Source: the human T2T-CHM13v2.0 reference genome, Homo sapiens. From it: DNA of 64,000 nt. The translations under genes were made by a program, and so were the position numbers. The stretch is from the NCBI GenBank assembly GCA_009914755.4, contig CP068257.2, positions 44,480,001-44,544,000 on the forward strand, given 5' to 3'. This document shows, in pieces, positions 17,287-31,539 of this stretch. The notes under the pieces are model-generated. The model did not search any database. It was given only the letters and a program-made list of their open reading frames with translations, and had not been told where the DNA came from. Numbering within the stretch: the first letter of the stretch is position 1; each line of letters opens with the position of its first letter.

Positions 17287-17864
17287 TAGGCAGGATCCCC
17301 TGCTGGCAAGGCACAGCCAGGCCCCCATCCTCCCAAGAAGTGGACCCGGACCACCCCACGGGACCCCCCAGAGCTGGACTTAGAGGTAAAGCCCAGGCAG
17401 GTCCTCCATGGTGTTCCCTAAACCCAGCACCAGCTGCCCAGGGCATCCTGTGAGGGCTGAGCAGGGCCCGTCCCAGTGCTGACCACTCCAAGGGGACTCT
17501 GTCTGAGCATGGGGCCTGCCTGGGAGTGACCGCAGTGACTGGACAGCACCAGGTCCCCACCAGGCCCCAGCCCATCACCTAAAACGCCACTCACCAGACA
17601 TCCAACTCCACCTGGAGCCTCCCCAGATCATTCCTAAATCCTCGGCATGGGCGGGACCGACGCAGCAGAGGGACGAGGGCTGGCAGCAGAGCCACTGGCG
17701 CAGGCTGAGGCTGTTGGGAAGGAGCCTGGGGATCGAGGTCCCAGGTCCCAAAGCCAGAGCCCTCCTGTAGAGAAGGAGCATCGGCCCCGGCACAGCCCCC
17801 ACCCTCCACAGGCTCTGGGCTTGGACTCAGCCCCCTCCCTCACCCACACGCCTGTTCTCTGCAG

Positions 17865-17927
17865 GGGCGCAGGGGAGACCCCGGCACCAAGGGCAGCCCA
17901 GGCAGCGATGGCCCCAAGGGGGAGAAG
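17865..17927 (+). CDS. COL6A2: COL6A2 Gly-X-Y exon ([21 protein letters not shown])
   Basis: 63 nt; ttctctgcag|GGGCGC...GAGAAG|gtgagt. Confidence 0.9.
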
Positions 17928-18588
17928 GTGAGTCCTCGTGTGGAGGCAGCCCGGGGTCTCACTGTGGTGCCCATGGGCCCTGCTGACGAGGGCCCCAACC
18001 CCATTCCTCCCAGAGAACAACAGAACCCCAGGGCCTCACTCTCCAGAGTTCACTCTCTGCAGAGTCTGGGAATGCAGCCCTGAGATCCCCACACCCCATT
18101 CTCTGCTGAGGAAGCTCCACTACCCACCCAGGCACACCCCGCACAGCTGTGCAGGCACCATTCACCCCCGGCCCACTGAGGCACCACTCACACCCCCGGC
18201 CCACTGAGGCACCTCTTACCCCCAGCCCACTGAGGCATTGCTCACCCACGTGACCTCAGGGGTGATGCTGAAGGGCTGTGTGGTAAAACCCCGGCCACCA
18301 GCTCCCCTTGACATCAGGTGAAGGGGCTTCCTCCCAGGAAGTGGATGAGGTCCTACCCATGTGTGGGTGGCCTCAGGGGGACCGAGAGACCCCGTGCTCA
18401 GAGCGGCAGCTACAGGCACTGGGAAGGAGCTATGGGTGAAACAGGCGACTGTTGCAGGTCCCCCGGGACAGACGGGGTTCTTCCTCCCAGGCCCCCTTCC
18501 CCAACCCCCGGCCACACCCGCCTCTCACATGGGACCCAGGCCGGAGGCCTCAGCTGAGACCCGTGGGGCCTCCCTTCCCTTCCCACAG

Positions 18589-18651
18589 GGGGACCCTGGC
18601 CCTGAGGGGCCCCGCGGCCTGGCTGGAGAGGTTGGCAACAAAGGAGCCAAG
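18589..18651 (+). CDS. COL6A2: COL6A2 Gly-X-Y exon (GDPGPEGPRGLAGEVGNKGAK)
   Basis: 63 nt; ttcccacag|GGGGAC...GCCAAG|gtagggg; the donor is reiterated in the downstream VNTR. Confidence 0.88.
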
Positions 18652-18945
18652 GTAGGGGAGCAGGGTGGGCCGCACCCCAAGGTAGGGGATCTGAGGGGGT
18701 GCAGGGGGGCTGCACCCCAAGGTAGGGTGGCCAGGACTGCACCCCAAGGTAGGGGACCCGGGTGGGTGCTGCACCCCAAGGTAAGGGGGGCCCAGGTGAG
18801 GGCTATACCTCAAGGTAGGGGACCCAGGCGGGTGCTGCACCCCAAGGTAAGGGACCAAGGCAAGGGCTGCACCCCAAAGTAGGGAACCCAGGTGAGGGCT
18901 GCAACCCAAGATAGGGGTGCTTAGGCAGGGGCTACACCCAGAACC
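18640..18945 (+). repeat. COL6A2: about 37-bp VNTR x8 in COL6A2 intron 16, reiterating the donor-like motif CAAG|GTAGGGG
   Basis: gcaccccaaggtaggggacccaggtgagggct units. Confidence 0.85.
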
Positions 18946-19134
18946 CAGCCTACTCCACTCAGTGTGCTCAGGGCTGAAGGTCAAGTGGAGCCACAGCCTC
19001 CGGGGAGGGTCATAGGGGCCGGGGCCAGACCCGTCTTACCCCCGAGGCCCTGCAGTGTCCACAGGATTGATACTGGGGACTCCAGGGTGCTGCTGTCAGT
19101 CAAGAGAACCCCAAATTCCTCCCCTTTCTTCCAG

Positions 19135-19197
19135 GGAGACCGAGGCTTGCCTGGACCCAGAGGCCCCCAGGGAGCTCTTGGGGAGCCCGGAAAGCAG
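19135..19197 (+). CDS. COL6A2: COL6A2 Gly-X-Y exon (GDRGLPGPRGPQGALGEPGKQ)
   Basis: 63 nt; ctttcttccag|GGAGAC...AAGCAG|gtcagt. Confidence 0.9.
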
Positions 19198-19629
19198 GTC
19201 AGTGTCAGTGCAGGAGGCCGGTGCCCTCTGACCCCACGGGTGGGTCTCCCCTATCCATGTGGGGACAGCCTGGAGCTAGCCACTGTCCCCATAGCAAACC
19301 CAGGCAGCAGAGCCTGGCCTCAGAAGCCAGGACCTGCTCCCCTAGACCCCGAGTACCTCATACCCACCCTCAGCCCCAGCCCCCCATCCTGCCCTGAAGG
19401 ACCCAGGTTGTGGAGTCAGGGGCAAGGCAGTGGGCCTGAGGTCCTGGATGGGCCACAGGGAAAGGAGGAGCTGGGACCCTCAAGACAGAGGTCCACGGCC
19501 CCCACAGGCAGCAGGAGGAGCTGCGGCCATGTGGCCTGGTGGTCAGGGCTGGACGGGGCATGTCAGGTGACCCCTGGGCATGGCCAGTCCCTGCCTGTGC
19601 TGACTTCTGAATTTCTCTCCTGCCCTCAG

Positions 19630-19692
19630 GGATCTCGGGGAGACCCCGGTGATGCAGGACCCCGTGGAGACTCAGGACAGCCAGGCCCCAAG
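19630..19692 (+). CDS. COL6A2: COL6A2 Gly-X-Y exon (GSRGDPGDAGPRGDSGQPGPK)
   Basis: 63 nt; tgccctcag|GGATCT...CCCAAG|gtacgt. Confidence 0.9.
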
Positions 19693-20181
19693 GTACGTGC
19701 CCCTCCCCCAGCAGGACGTATTAGGGGTTCGGGGCAGCTGCCTGAGGAGCAGGACAGGGGGCCGGCCTGGGGGACCCTGTTGCCGGCAGACGTGCCTCAG
19801 GACGGGCCTGTGCCTCCTGTTCTCAGCTCTGGAGTGAGGGGATGCCTCCGGGGTCCAGGAAGCCCCCCTGGCTCTCCTCTTCAGCAGTGACCCTTGGGTG
19901 TGCGTGGCACATCCTTCCTGAGGCAGGGCCTGAGGGCAGCTACGTGGCCTGAGTAGGGTCCTCCCCGCGTGTGGGCAGGCTTCGGGTCTCTAGGCACGTC
20001 CAGCCCCCACTGGAGGTGGACAGGGCGAGGTTGGCCCTGCCAGGCCTCTGCTCACAGCCAGAACTCGACGGCACCCCTAGCCCACTTCCACCCCAGTGTG
20101 CACCTTGCGCCCTGTTGAGCACAGCCCCCCAGCCCCACCCCGTCCTATGACCATGCTGACCGACTCAACGTCCTCCTCCAG

Positions 20182-20232
20182 GGAGACCCCGGCAGGCCTG
20201 GATTCAGCTACCCAGGACCCCGAGGAGCACCC
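20182..20232 (+). CDS. COL6A2: COL6A2 Gly-X-Y exon with triple-helix interruption (GDPGRPGFSYPGPRGAP)
   Basis: 51 nt; tcctcctccag|GGAGAC...GCACCC|gtgagt. Confidence 0.88.
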
Positions 20233-20569
20233 GTGAGTCACAGCCTGGGATGGCAGCTCCCAGGAGTGGGTGGACATTGTCCCAAGGGCCCTGAAGATTC
20301 CTAGTAGTTCCCTCAAGGCCTCCTCTGTGCAGAAGAAAGTGTGAGGTCCCTCCTGCGGGACAGAGTGGTGAGAAGGCTTTGGGTGACTCAGTGAAGGATA
20401 GGTCCAGCCCAGCATCAGGAAAAGAGCACAGCTCAGAACGCAGCACAGTGGCCTCACCCAGAGTGTGAATGAGCGAGGGAGGGAAACGGGGCTGCAGAAA
20501 GCTGCCCAGAGGGAGGAAGGAGCACTGGGATCTGAGGCTGAGTCACCCTGGCTTCTGTTTGCTTCACAG

Positions 20570-20605
20570 GGAGAAAAAGGCGAGCCCGGCCCACGCGGCC
20601 CCGAG
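20570..20605 (+). CDS. COL6A2: COL6A2 Gly-X-Y exon ([12 protein letters not shown])
   Basis: 36 nt; gcttcacag|GGAGAA...CCCGAG|gtatgt. Confidence 0.88.
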
Positions 20606-20949
20606 GTATGTGTGGGTCCTGGCCACCTGTGCCCACCCAGGGTGGGGGTCTGCACGCCCAATTGCTGGGAACACAATGCCCACCGTCACTGACAGGACCA
20701 CCCCTGTCTTGAGATGGTCCTGGCTCCCCAAGGCCCAGCCATGTCACCTATGCTGAGCTCTGGGGGAGCTGTCAGCCACTGGCTGGTCCCTTTTCAACCA
20801 AAGTTCAGGCTTTGCCAAAAAAACCACATAGATGCTCCCGTTTAAAGGACCCCAAAATGCCAGATCGATTTTTCCACATAAAAATCTCACTGGTGTCCCT
20901 GGTAGAGACAGCTCCTCTGTCCCAGGCTAACATGTGTTCCCTGTCACAG

Positions 20950-21012
20950 GGAGGCCGAGGCGACTTTGGCTTGAAAGGAGAACCTGGGAGGAAAGGAGAG
21001 AAAGGAGAGCCT
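20950..21012 (+). CDS. COL6A2: COL6A2 Gly-X-Y exon containing the RGD motif (GGRGDFGLKGEPGRKGEKGEP)
   Basis: 63 nt; ctgtcacag|GGAGGC...GAGCCT|gtgagt. Confidence 0.9.
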
Positions 21013-21179
21013 GTGAGTGTCGCCGTCCCGAAGCCCACAGCAGCTGGGCAGAGGCAGGGAGGGGCCCTGAGGCTGAGCGTGTGCATCTATGAGTACAGGA
21101 GAACGCCAGGCAGCTTGGCCCCAGCCATGAGCACCACCCCCACCTTCCTAAAGGGAACGGCTGGCTCAGGGGCCCCCTC

Positions 21180-21500
21180 CCTCAACCCAGCCTCCCTTCC
21201 AGCGTCCCCTCCCCAGTGACCCCCCAACATCCCCCCCACAGCATCCCCCACAAGGGTCCCCTCCCTAGTGACCCCTCCACAACATCCCCCCAGAGTCCCC
21301 TCCCAGCATCCCCACTACAGCATCCCCCACCAGGGTCCCCTCCCCAGCGACCCCAACATAGCATCCCCTCCAGAGTCCCCTCCCCCAAAAGATGCCTCCA
21401 CATAGCATCCCCCTCAGAGTTCCTACACACAGCATTCCCCAAGGGTCCCCTCCCCAATGTCCTCCCCACAGTTATCCCCCAGAAGGTGCTCTGTGCCTCC
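21180..21500. repeat. degenerate CCCCT/CCCAG-rich tandem repeat (tcccctcccc agcatccccc ...)
   Basis: about 20-30 bp imperfect units, polypyrimidine. Confidence 0.7.
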
Positions 21501-21539
21501 AAATCCCTAGCCTGGCCAAGGGTTTAACCAGGGCTGCAG

Positions 21540-22440
21540 GTTGGTCTGGAACTGAGCACAAAACAAGGGATGGATAACGATGGATGGATGGGCAAGTGGA
21601 TGGGGGTGGGCAAATGGATGGATGGGAGGATGGGTGATGGATGGATGAGTGAATAGAAGAGTGGGTGGATAGAAGATGGATGAATGGATGGATTGCTGGA
21701 TGAGTGGGTGGGTGGATGGATAAGTGGATACATGGGTGAATGAGTAGATGTATGGGTGAGTAGGTGGGTGGATGGATGGATGAGTAGATGGATGGGTGGG
21801 TGGGCGAGTGTGTGGTTAGATGATGGATGGCTGAATGGATGAGTGGGGGGATGGATGGGTGAGTGGGTGTATGTATGGATGGGTTAGTGGGTGGGTGGAT
21901 GAATGGATGGGTGCATAAAGGATGGATGGATGAATGAGTTAGTGGGTTGGCAGATGGATAAATGGGTAGATGGATGGATGGGTGAGTCAGTGGATAGATG
22001 GATGGATGGTTGGGTAGGTGATGGGTGGATGAGTGGATAGATGGGTATGTGAGTGAGTGGGGGGATGGGTAGGTGGGTGGATGGATGGTTAGGTGAATGA
22101 GTGGATGGACAGACGGACAGTGGGTGGATGGATGAGTGAACGGATGGACCGATGGATGAATGGGTGGGTGGGTAGAGGATGGACGGACAGGTGAGTGGGT
22201 GGGTGGATGGATAGATGGGTAAGTGAGTGGATAGATAGATGGGTGGGTGGACAGAGGATGGGTGGATGAATGGATGGGTTAGTGGGTGGCTGGGTGGATG
22301 GATGATGGATGGGTGACTGGGTGGATGGATGGATGGGTTAGTGGGTGGCTGGGTGGATAGATGGATGGGTGATTGGGCGAATGGGCGAATGGGTGGATGG
22401 GTGGGCGTGGAGTTGGTGGGTACATGATAATGGGGTGGAA
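21540..22440. repeat. about 900-bp (GGAT/GGGT/GAGT)n microsatellite-like array in COL6A2 intron 21
   Basis: gatggatggatgggtgagtgggtgggtggatgg...; antisense ORF 21884..22447 gives a low-complexity HPSIHPS peptide, an artefact. Confidence 0.9.
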
Positions 22441-22702
22441 TACCCATGGATTGGAATGAGCTGTTTTGGCTGCCATTTCTGGGACACCCAGCTCTGCCAG
22501 GCCCCTACCCCTCTGGTGGGCCAGGCTCTGACGGTGGCCACTCATGGCCTTTCTAGCTCTGGTGCCAGCATAGGGAAGGAGGAGGCACAGCCTTGTCTTA
22601 CTCCTTGCACCTGTTAGCTCCCCCCCCGCCAAGGGAGGACCCGTGGTTGGGGACAGCACAGGGGGCCCTGCTGTGTGCAGGGACTGTCCCTGGGGCCACT
22701 GA

Positions 22703-24372
<1,670 letters not shown>

Positions 24373-24581
24373 TAGCGTGAGCCCCAGGGACACCCCTCAC
24401 CTGAGGGACGAATGTGCAGCCCAGGATCTTGGGCTGTGGGTGGGAAGGGGTCGGGCCCTCTCGGGGCTGCAGGGCAGAGGCCAGCTGCACCCTGAGCCTG
24501 TCTAGGCAGATCAGTGAACGGCCGCTGAGGGTTCGCTAGGGACTGACCCTGGCCTGGCCCGGCCTCTCTCCTCTCTTCCAG

Positions 24582-24620
24582 ACCCTCAGATCGTGTGCCC
24601 AGACCTTCCCTGCCAAACAG
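24582..24620 (+). CDS. COL6A2: COL6A2 exon 27 (DPQIVCPDLPCQT)
   Basis: 39 nt; ctcttccag|ACCCTCAG...CAAACAG|gtaatg. Confidence 0.88.
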
Positions 24621-27282
24621 GTAATGCAGGGCACCCTGAGCCACCACCCCAGACTAGCAAAGCAGCCCTGGTGTCCTTCCTCCTCGAGGGCCGGGCTGGG
24701 GGAGGGGCCGTGCAGGGACCCGGGGGGCGGCGGAGCCACTGCGGAGGCTGCTCCTTAGGGAGATGGCCCCAGGATGGCAGCACAGGGGAGGAGGGGCTTG
24801 GGGAAGGCAGGCTCCCAGGAACGCAGGAACAGCATCACGAGGCCATGAGGTGGGTGCTGCTAGCCTGGCGCTGTGCTCGGCATGTGGCCACTGGTCTTGA
24901 AGGCCCACCATGGGCCTTGCAGTCTCCCTCAGCTGCCGCCCAGCTCCCATGGGCTGGCCGTGCATGTGCCACTCGGAGGAAGCCCTGGATTCAGTGAGTG
25001 AAACCATCCCGGGGTGGAAGCACTGACACCCCCCAGCACCAGCAGGTCTTGCTCCAACCCTGGCCTGCCTCGGAGCTGCAGCTGCGGCTCTCATCTCTGG
25101 GAGTGGGGGAGCCCATGTCCCGGATGTGGCCCACGTGGGTGTGAAGCTGGAGCTGGGGGTGCCGTCCAGGCTCTGCTGGACGTGGTGCTGCCCCCATGGT
25201 GCACTGCTGCACCGTACCTGGGCCCACAGGAGGTCCCCGGGGGCGTTATGAGCTGAGTCCCCCTCAGTGAGCCGTCCCCTCCAGGAGTGTGAGGGTGGGG
25301 ATGCCATGGAGACAGGGTGGGAGGGTCCGACCTGGAGGACCACAGGGAGGAAACCTCAGGGTCTGCGGTACGAAGTCAGCGCTTCCTCAGCACGCGGGTC
25401 GCGGTGTGCGTTCGGGCGTTCCATGGGGAGCTCCCGGTGGGTGAGCTGGGCCACTGAGCACATTCACAGGCCCTGAGGCTGCCCCAGGGGAGGAACCGTG
25501 GACTCAGAGCCGAGGTTCCCCATACGTGCTGCGACAGAGAACCTAGGGCTTGCACCTGGGTCTGGCTGCCCTTCAGCAGGCGGGCAGCCTCTGGCCCCAC
25601 AACAGTGGGCTGTGCTTCTGCCGCCAAGGTGCAGGCGTCCTCCCCCAGGGTCCACATCAGCAGCAGGGGCACCTGGACCCTGAGGGCAGGAACCAGACCT
25701 TGGCTCCTCCACCCACCCCCTCGTTCCTGATGGGGCAGGGAAGTCTCGGGACCCCATGATGGGCGACATGGCGATGGTCACTGTGGGTGCTTTGCTATCA
25801 GGTGGGGGCCTTCCTCTCCACTCCGGGTCCAGTGTGAGTGGCCGCTATGGCTTCCCCTCCACTCCAGGTTCTATCGTGAGTGGGTGGGTGCTGCGTCTGT
25901 GGATGTCACGTGACCTTTCCTCTTTAGCCTATCATCGTAGTTGGGAGTTAGTTAGCCCGTTGAGCGTCATTGAATTTCCAGTGTTGAGCCAGCCCTGCGT
26001 GCCCGGGATAAACCCACCTGGCCGTGGTGTGTGGCCCTGTTTATGCACGTGGGCCCTGATTCGCTGATGCCTGCCTGAGGGTTTGCGCTTATCGGCGACA
26101 TCAGCCTGCACTTTTCTTTTCTCGTGATCTCTCTGGTTCTGGCCTCAGGGTGACGTGGGCCTCGTAGGGTCCCGTGGTGGCTCCTCCCCAGACGGTGACA
26201 TGGAGTGAGCCCATTCTCCCTCCTGGGAGTGGGTCACTCAGGCCACCAGAGCACCACAGGGAAAGCAGCCAGGGAGGACACGGAGGCCCTTGAAGCTCTG
26301 GCCTCTTCTGAGGCCTCCAGGACCTGACAGTGAGTGGGAGCAGCCCTGGCAGAACCCCTCCCCTCCTCTCGGCCGCCCTGACACCTCATCCCCGACACTC
26401 AGAGCTCATCCTCCTTCCCAGCTGTTTCCAATTTCAAAGTGAACTCGACCTTGTGGCTCCAGGAGATGCAGCAGGGACAGTGTTAAATCGGCTTTCACCA
26501 GCCCACACAGCCAGGCATCCTCCTCGGCCCTCCTGGGCACTGGGTGGACACCACTGGCTGTGGCCTGGCCCTGGCCTGGCCCTGGCCTTCTCCAGACAGC
26601 CCTGTCCACCCCAAAGCCCAGCCACCCTGGGCCTGCAGCAGGCCTGTGGAGTTCTCAGTTGCGTGGGGACCAGAGGGTGCTGGAGAAACAAACCAGACGC
26701 AGCTGAAGGCAGTCAGGGCAGGGCGCAATCAGCGATAAGAGCTGCATAGGGGCCACAGCGTAACCTGAGCTCCAGTCGGTGGAAAGAAAAGGCAGAGACG
26801 TTGCAGAGGCCAGGTCTGCTCAGGGGAAGACAGTTCTGGGTGTAGAGGACTCACATCCCAGAGAGGCTGAGGAAGGGTTTACCACCGCAAGCTTTCTCAG
26901 GCGGGCTCTTGAGGGGTGGCTGGGGTCTTCCTGGCGACGGGCCTGCGGCACTGGAAGCCCTACTGGAGTTTGGCCTGTCTCCGGCACAGGTTTGGACGGA
27001 GCTGTTTTGTGCTGAAAGGTTTTCTCGGGGTCCGTGGTGTCCCCCAAAGGTGCCACCGTGCGGGTCTCCTAGCTCCCTGCCAGCTTCCTGTCCCTGTGCT
27101 CACTGCCCCCACGCCTCCTGCCAAGGCCGAGCCACACACCCGCTCCACCTGCATTTCCTCTACCGACTCGCCAGCCCAAATGCCGCTCTTCACTCTGGCC
27201 TCGCTGAGCGGCTGCCCGAGGAGGAGCTCTAGGCCGACGCCCACCACAGGCCTTACAGTCTTCTCTGGACGCTCCCTTGCAG

Positions 27283-27578
27283 ATGCACCGTGGCCTGGCG
27301 GCGAGCCCCCGGTCACCTTCCTCCGCACGGAAGAGGGGCCGGACGCCACCTTCCCCAGGACCATTCCCCTGATCCAACAGTTGCTAAACGCCACGGAGCT
27401 CACGCAGGACCCGGCCGCCTACTCCCAGCTGGTGGCCGTGCTGGTCTACACCGCCGAGCGGGCCAAGTTCGCCACCGGGGTAGAGCGGCAGGACTGGATG
27501 GAGCTGTTCATTGACACCTTTAAGCTGGTGCACAGGGACATCGTGGGGGACCCCGAGACCGCGCTGGCCCTCTGCTAA
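27283..27578 (+). CDS. COL6A2: COL6A2 alternative terminal coding exon (isoform 2C2a tail DAPWPGGEPPVTFLRTEEGPDATF...HRDIVGDPETALALC*)
   Basis: ORF 26916..27578 from residue 123 onward. The acceptor cccttgcag|ATGCACCG keeps phase 1 from exon 27 (g+AT=Asp). Stop TAA at 27576..27578. Matches the alternative C2a C-terminus as recalled from the literature. Confidence 0.75.
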
Positions 27579-29862
27579 AGCCCGGGCACCCGCCCAGCCG
27601 GGCTGGGCCCTCCCTGCCACACTAGCTTCCCAGGGCTGCCCCCGACAGGCTGGCTCTCAGTGGAGGCCAGAGATCTGGAATCGGGGTCAGCGGGGCTACA
27701 GTCCTTCCAGGGGCTCTGGGGCAGCTCCCAGCCTCTTCCCATGCTGGTGGCCACCGTGTCCCTTGCTGCGGCTGCATCTTCCAGTCTCTCCTCCGTCTTC
27801 CAGTGGCCGCTCTCTTTATAAGAACCCTGGTCATTGAATTTAAGGCCCACCCCAAGTCCAGAATGACCTCGCAAGACCCTTAACTCACTCCCGTCTGCAG
27901 AGTCCTTCTTTGCTGCATCAGGTCACCCTCACAGGCTCCAGGGTTTGGGTGTGGAAGTCTTTGGAGGCCCTTACTTAGCGGCCCAGCTGGGCTGCCGTGC
28001 GTCTGGGATGGGGCTGAGGGAGGGTGCTGCCCAGGTGCTGGAGGATGTTCCAGCACCAGGTTCCAGCGGAGCCTCGGAAACAGGCCCCAGAGGCTGGTGA
28101 GCCTCGCTGGGTGTGGGCACTAATCCCGTGCATGGTGACTCGTGGGCGCTCACGGCCCACCTGGTGGCAGGTGAAGGCTTCCGGTTGGGCAGCAGATAGT
28201 CCTGGGGGAAGCTGGCAGTCCTGGCACCATGACGTATCTGGGCTGGTGTCATGCACAGTAGGGCGAATGGCCACAGCTGCCTGCCAGCAGCCCTGATCCC
28301 GGGGTGTCTGCACCCTTCCAGCCCAACCTCTGGGTCTCCAAAAGCACAGTCGGGGGAGCATCCACCAGGCACAACCTCTGCGGTCCTCAGAGGACTGAGC
28401 AGAGAATCCCAGGGTCCACAATGTTGGGGAGCGGCAGGGATCACCATCCAAAGGGAGCGGCCCCCACGGCGAGCTGACCCCGACGTTCTGACTGCAGGAG
28501 CCCTCATCCAGGCTGGGCTCCTGCCGGGCACGGCTGTGACCATTTCTCAGGGCCAGGTTCTCGTCCCCACACCCACTGCACAGGGCAGGCCAGGCTGGTC
28601 TTCCCACTGTGGGGATGAAGGATCCTCCACAGGAGGAGGAGAGCAGAGTCCACAGACATCCCAACAGCCTCAGCCTCCCTGTGCCTGGCCGGCCCCCACA
28701 GCTTCCCCGTCTCCTCCAGGCCCCACAGACACTGATGAATGGACAGAGACCCCCAAAACCAGCTGCCCCTTGCATGTCTGTCTCCATATGTTTGGTGACA
28801 GCAGTGAAAATGTTATTAGTTTTGAGGGGGTTTGGGAAGCCCAGCGGTACCTGAGGAGTTTCTGGACATTTAAGCCGGTTCCTAGGTGTGGCCTTAACAG
28901 GGAGGCTGCCCTTCCTTTCACTGAATGAGCTGCGTCACTCATAAGCTCACTGAGGGAACCCCATCTGCCAGCTCGTGCGTGCTCAGACGACGTCCATGTC
29001 TCAAGCGTTCTGTGAAGGCTGCGGTGCAGCGTGAGGTCACCCTGCTGTGTTCAGAGCTTTGCTCACTGCCTGCGGGGCTGGACCGTTGCACCTCCAGGGC
29101 CCCCAGAAACCGAGTTTCGGGTCAGGGTCCTCTGTGTGCATTCCTGGGGGTCCATGTACCAGCTGTGACGACGTCCAGGGGTTGGGCTGAGAAGCAGACA
29201 CCCTTGGGGAAACTGGCTCTGTCCCTCCCCTCCCCCATCCCAGGAGCTGAGGTCTTGGTGAGGCCACAGGGCCAGGTCCACGCAAGGACTGTCCGTGTCC
29301 TGTCCTGTGGTCTCTGGCCCCACGTGACACCCACACGTGTGGTAGGCAGCCTGGCCTGGGTTGTGGCTATGGCCAGGCCCCCAAGCTGTCCCCGATGCCC
29401 AGGGCTGGTGACCACCCAGGCAGGTGGGGGCCCCACTTGGTAACAGAGTCATAGGGCAGAACCCACCTGGGCTGCCACAGAAGGTCTGGCTGCCCCTGTG
29501 CCCACTGCTCCCCACCATGGCCAATCAGAAGAGTCAGGGGCTCCTGGTCTTTCCGGGAGGGACGTGGCCCAGCCAGCTCTAGGTGTTCTGAGCAGCTCTG
29601 GGACCCAGCGATTGAGGGGTCAGGCTGGGGGTGTCAGAGCCAGGGTCCTCCTTAAGTACCTCCCACACTACACAGACAGTGGCCCTTTTGTGGGCAGCAA
29701 ATTCTTGAGCCATGAAAGGATGCTTTGGGCCCCTTCCCTCCCAGGAGGGCAGCCTGTGCAGGGATGGTGCTCAGCAGGTGGACAGGGCCTGGGGCCTGTG
29801 TCAGGGTCTCAGGCCTGGGAGCACCAGCAGAGGAGATGGCGGCTCCCAGCAGTGCCGCCTGA

Positions 29863-30639
<777 letters not shown>

Positions 30640-30916
30640 CGCCGCCGCCCGGGCCCCGCAGTCGAGGGTCGTGAGCCCACCCCGTCCATGGTGCGAAGCG
30701 GGCCCGGGTCCCACACGGCCAGCACCGCTGCTCACTCGGACGACGCCCTGGGCCTGCACCTCTCCAGCTCCTCCCACGGGGTCCCCGTAGCCCCGGCCCC
30801 CGCCCAGCCCCAGGTCTCCCCAGGCCCTCCGCAGGCTGCCCGGCCTCCCTCCCCCTGCAGCCATCCCAAGGCTCCTGACCTACCTGGCCCCTGAGCTCTG
30901 GAGCAAGCCCTGACCC

Positions 30917-30922
30917 AATAAA
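30917..30922 (+). other. COL6A2: COL6A2 polyadenylation signal AATAAA (3'UTR 30640..about 30945)
   Basis: ccAATAAAggctttgaacccattgcgtg is the first canonical hexamer, about 280 nt after the stop, followed by a GT-rich segment. Confidence 0.7.
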
Positions 30923-31539
30923 GGCTTTGAACCCATTGCGTGCCTGCTTGCGAGCTTCTGTGCGCAGGAGAGACCTCAAAGGTGTCTTGTGGCCAGGAGG
31001 GAAACACTGCAGCTGTCGCTCGCCCACCAGGGTCAATGGCTCCCCCGGGCCCAGCCCTGACCTCCTAGGACATCAACTGCAGGTGCTGGCTGACCCCGCC
31101 TGTGCAGACCCCACAGCCTTGATCAGCAAACTCTCCCTCCAGCCCCAGCCAGGCCCAAAGTGCTCTAAGAAGTGTCACCATGGCTGAGGGTCTTCTGTGG
31201 GTGGACGCATGATTAACACTAGACGGGGAGACAGCAGGTGCTGAGCCTGTTGTGTTCTGTGTGGAGATCTCAGTGAGTTTTTGCTGTTCAGACCCCAGGG
31301 TCCTTCAGGCTCAGCTCAGGAGCCCCACAGTGAACCAGAGGCTCCACAGGCAGGTGCTGACCTGACAGGAGTGGGCTTGGTGGCCATCACAGGGCACCAC
31401 AGACACAGCTTGAACAACTACCAGTATCGGCCACAGGCCTGGAGGCATCAGCCGGGCCATGCTTCCTCTGGAGGGCTAGAGGAGGACTAGAGAAGGGCCT
31501 GCCCCGGCCTCTCCCCAGCATCCCAGGGTTCCTGATCTC

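Noticed and set aside
21884-22659. Antisense 187-aa and 126-aa His/Pro/Ser/Ile-rich ORFs
   Set aside because: These translate the (GGAT/GGGT)n intronic microsatellite of COL6A2 intron 21. They are not coding.
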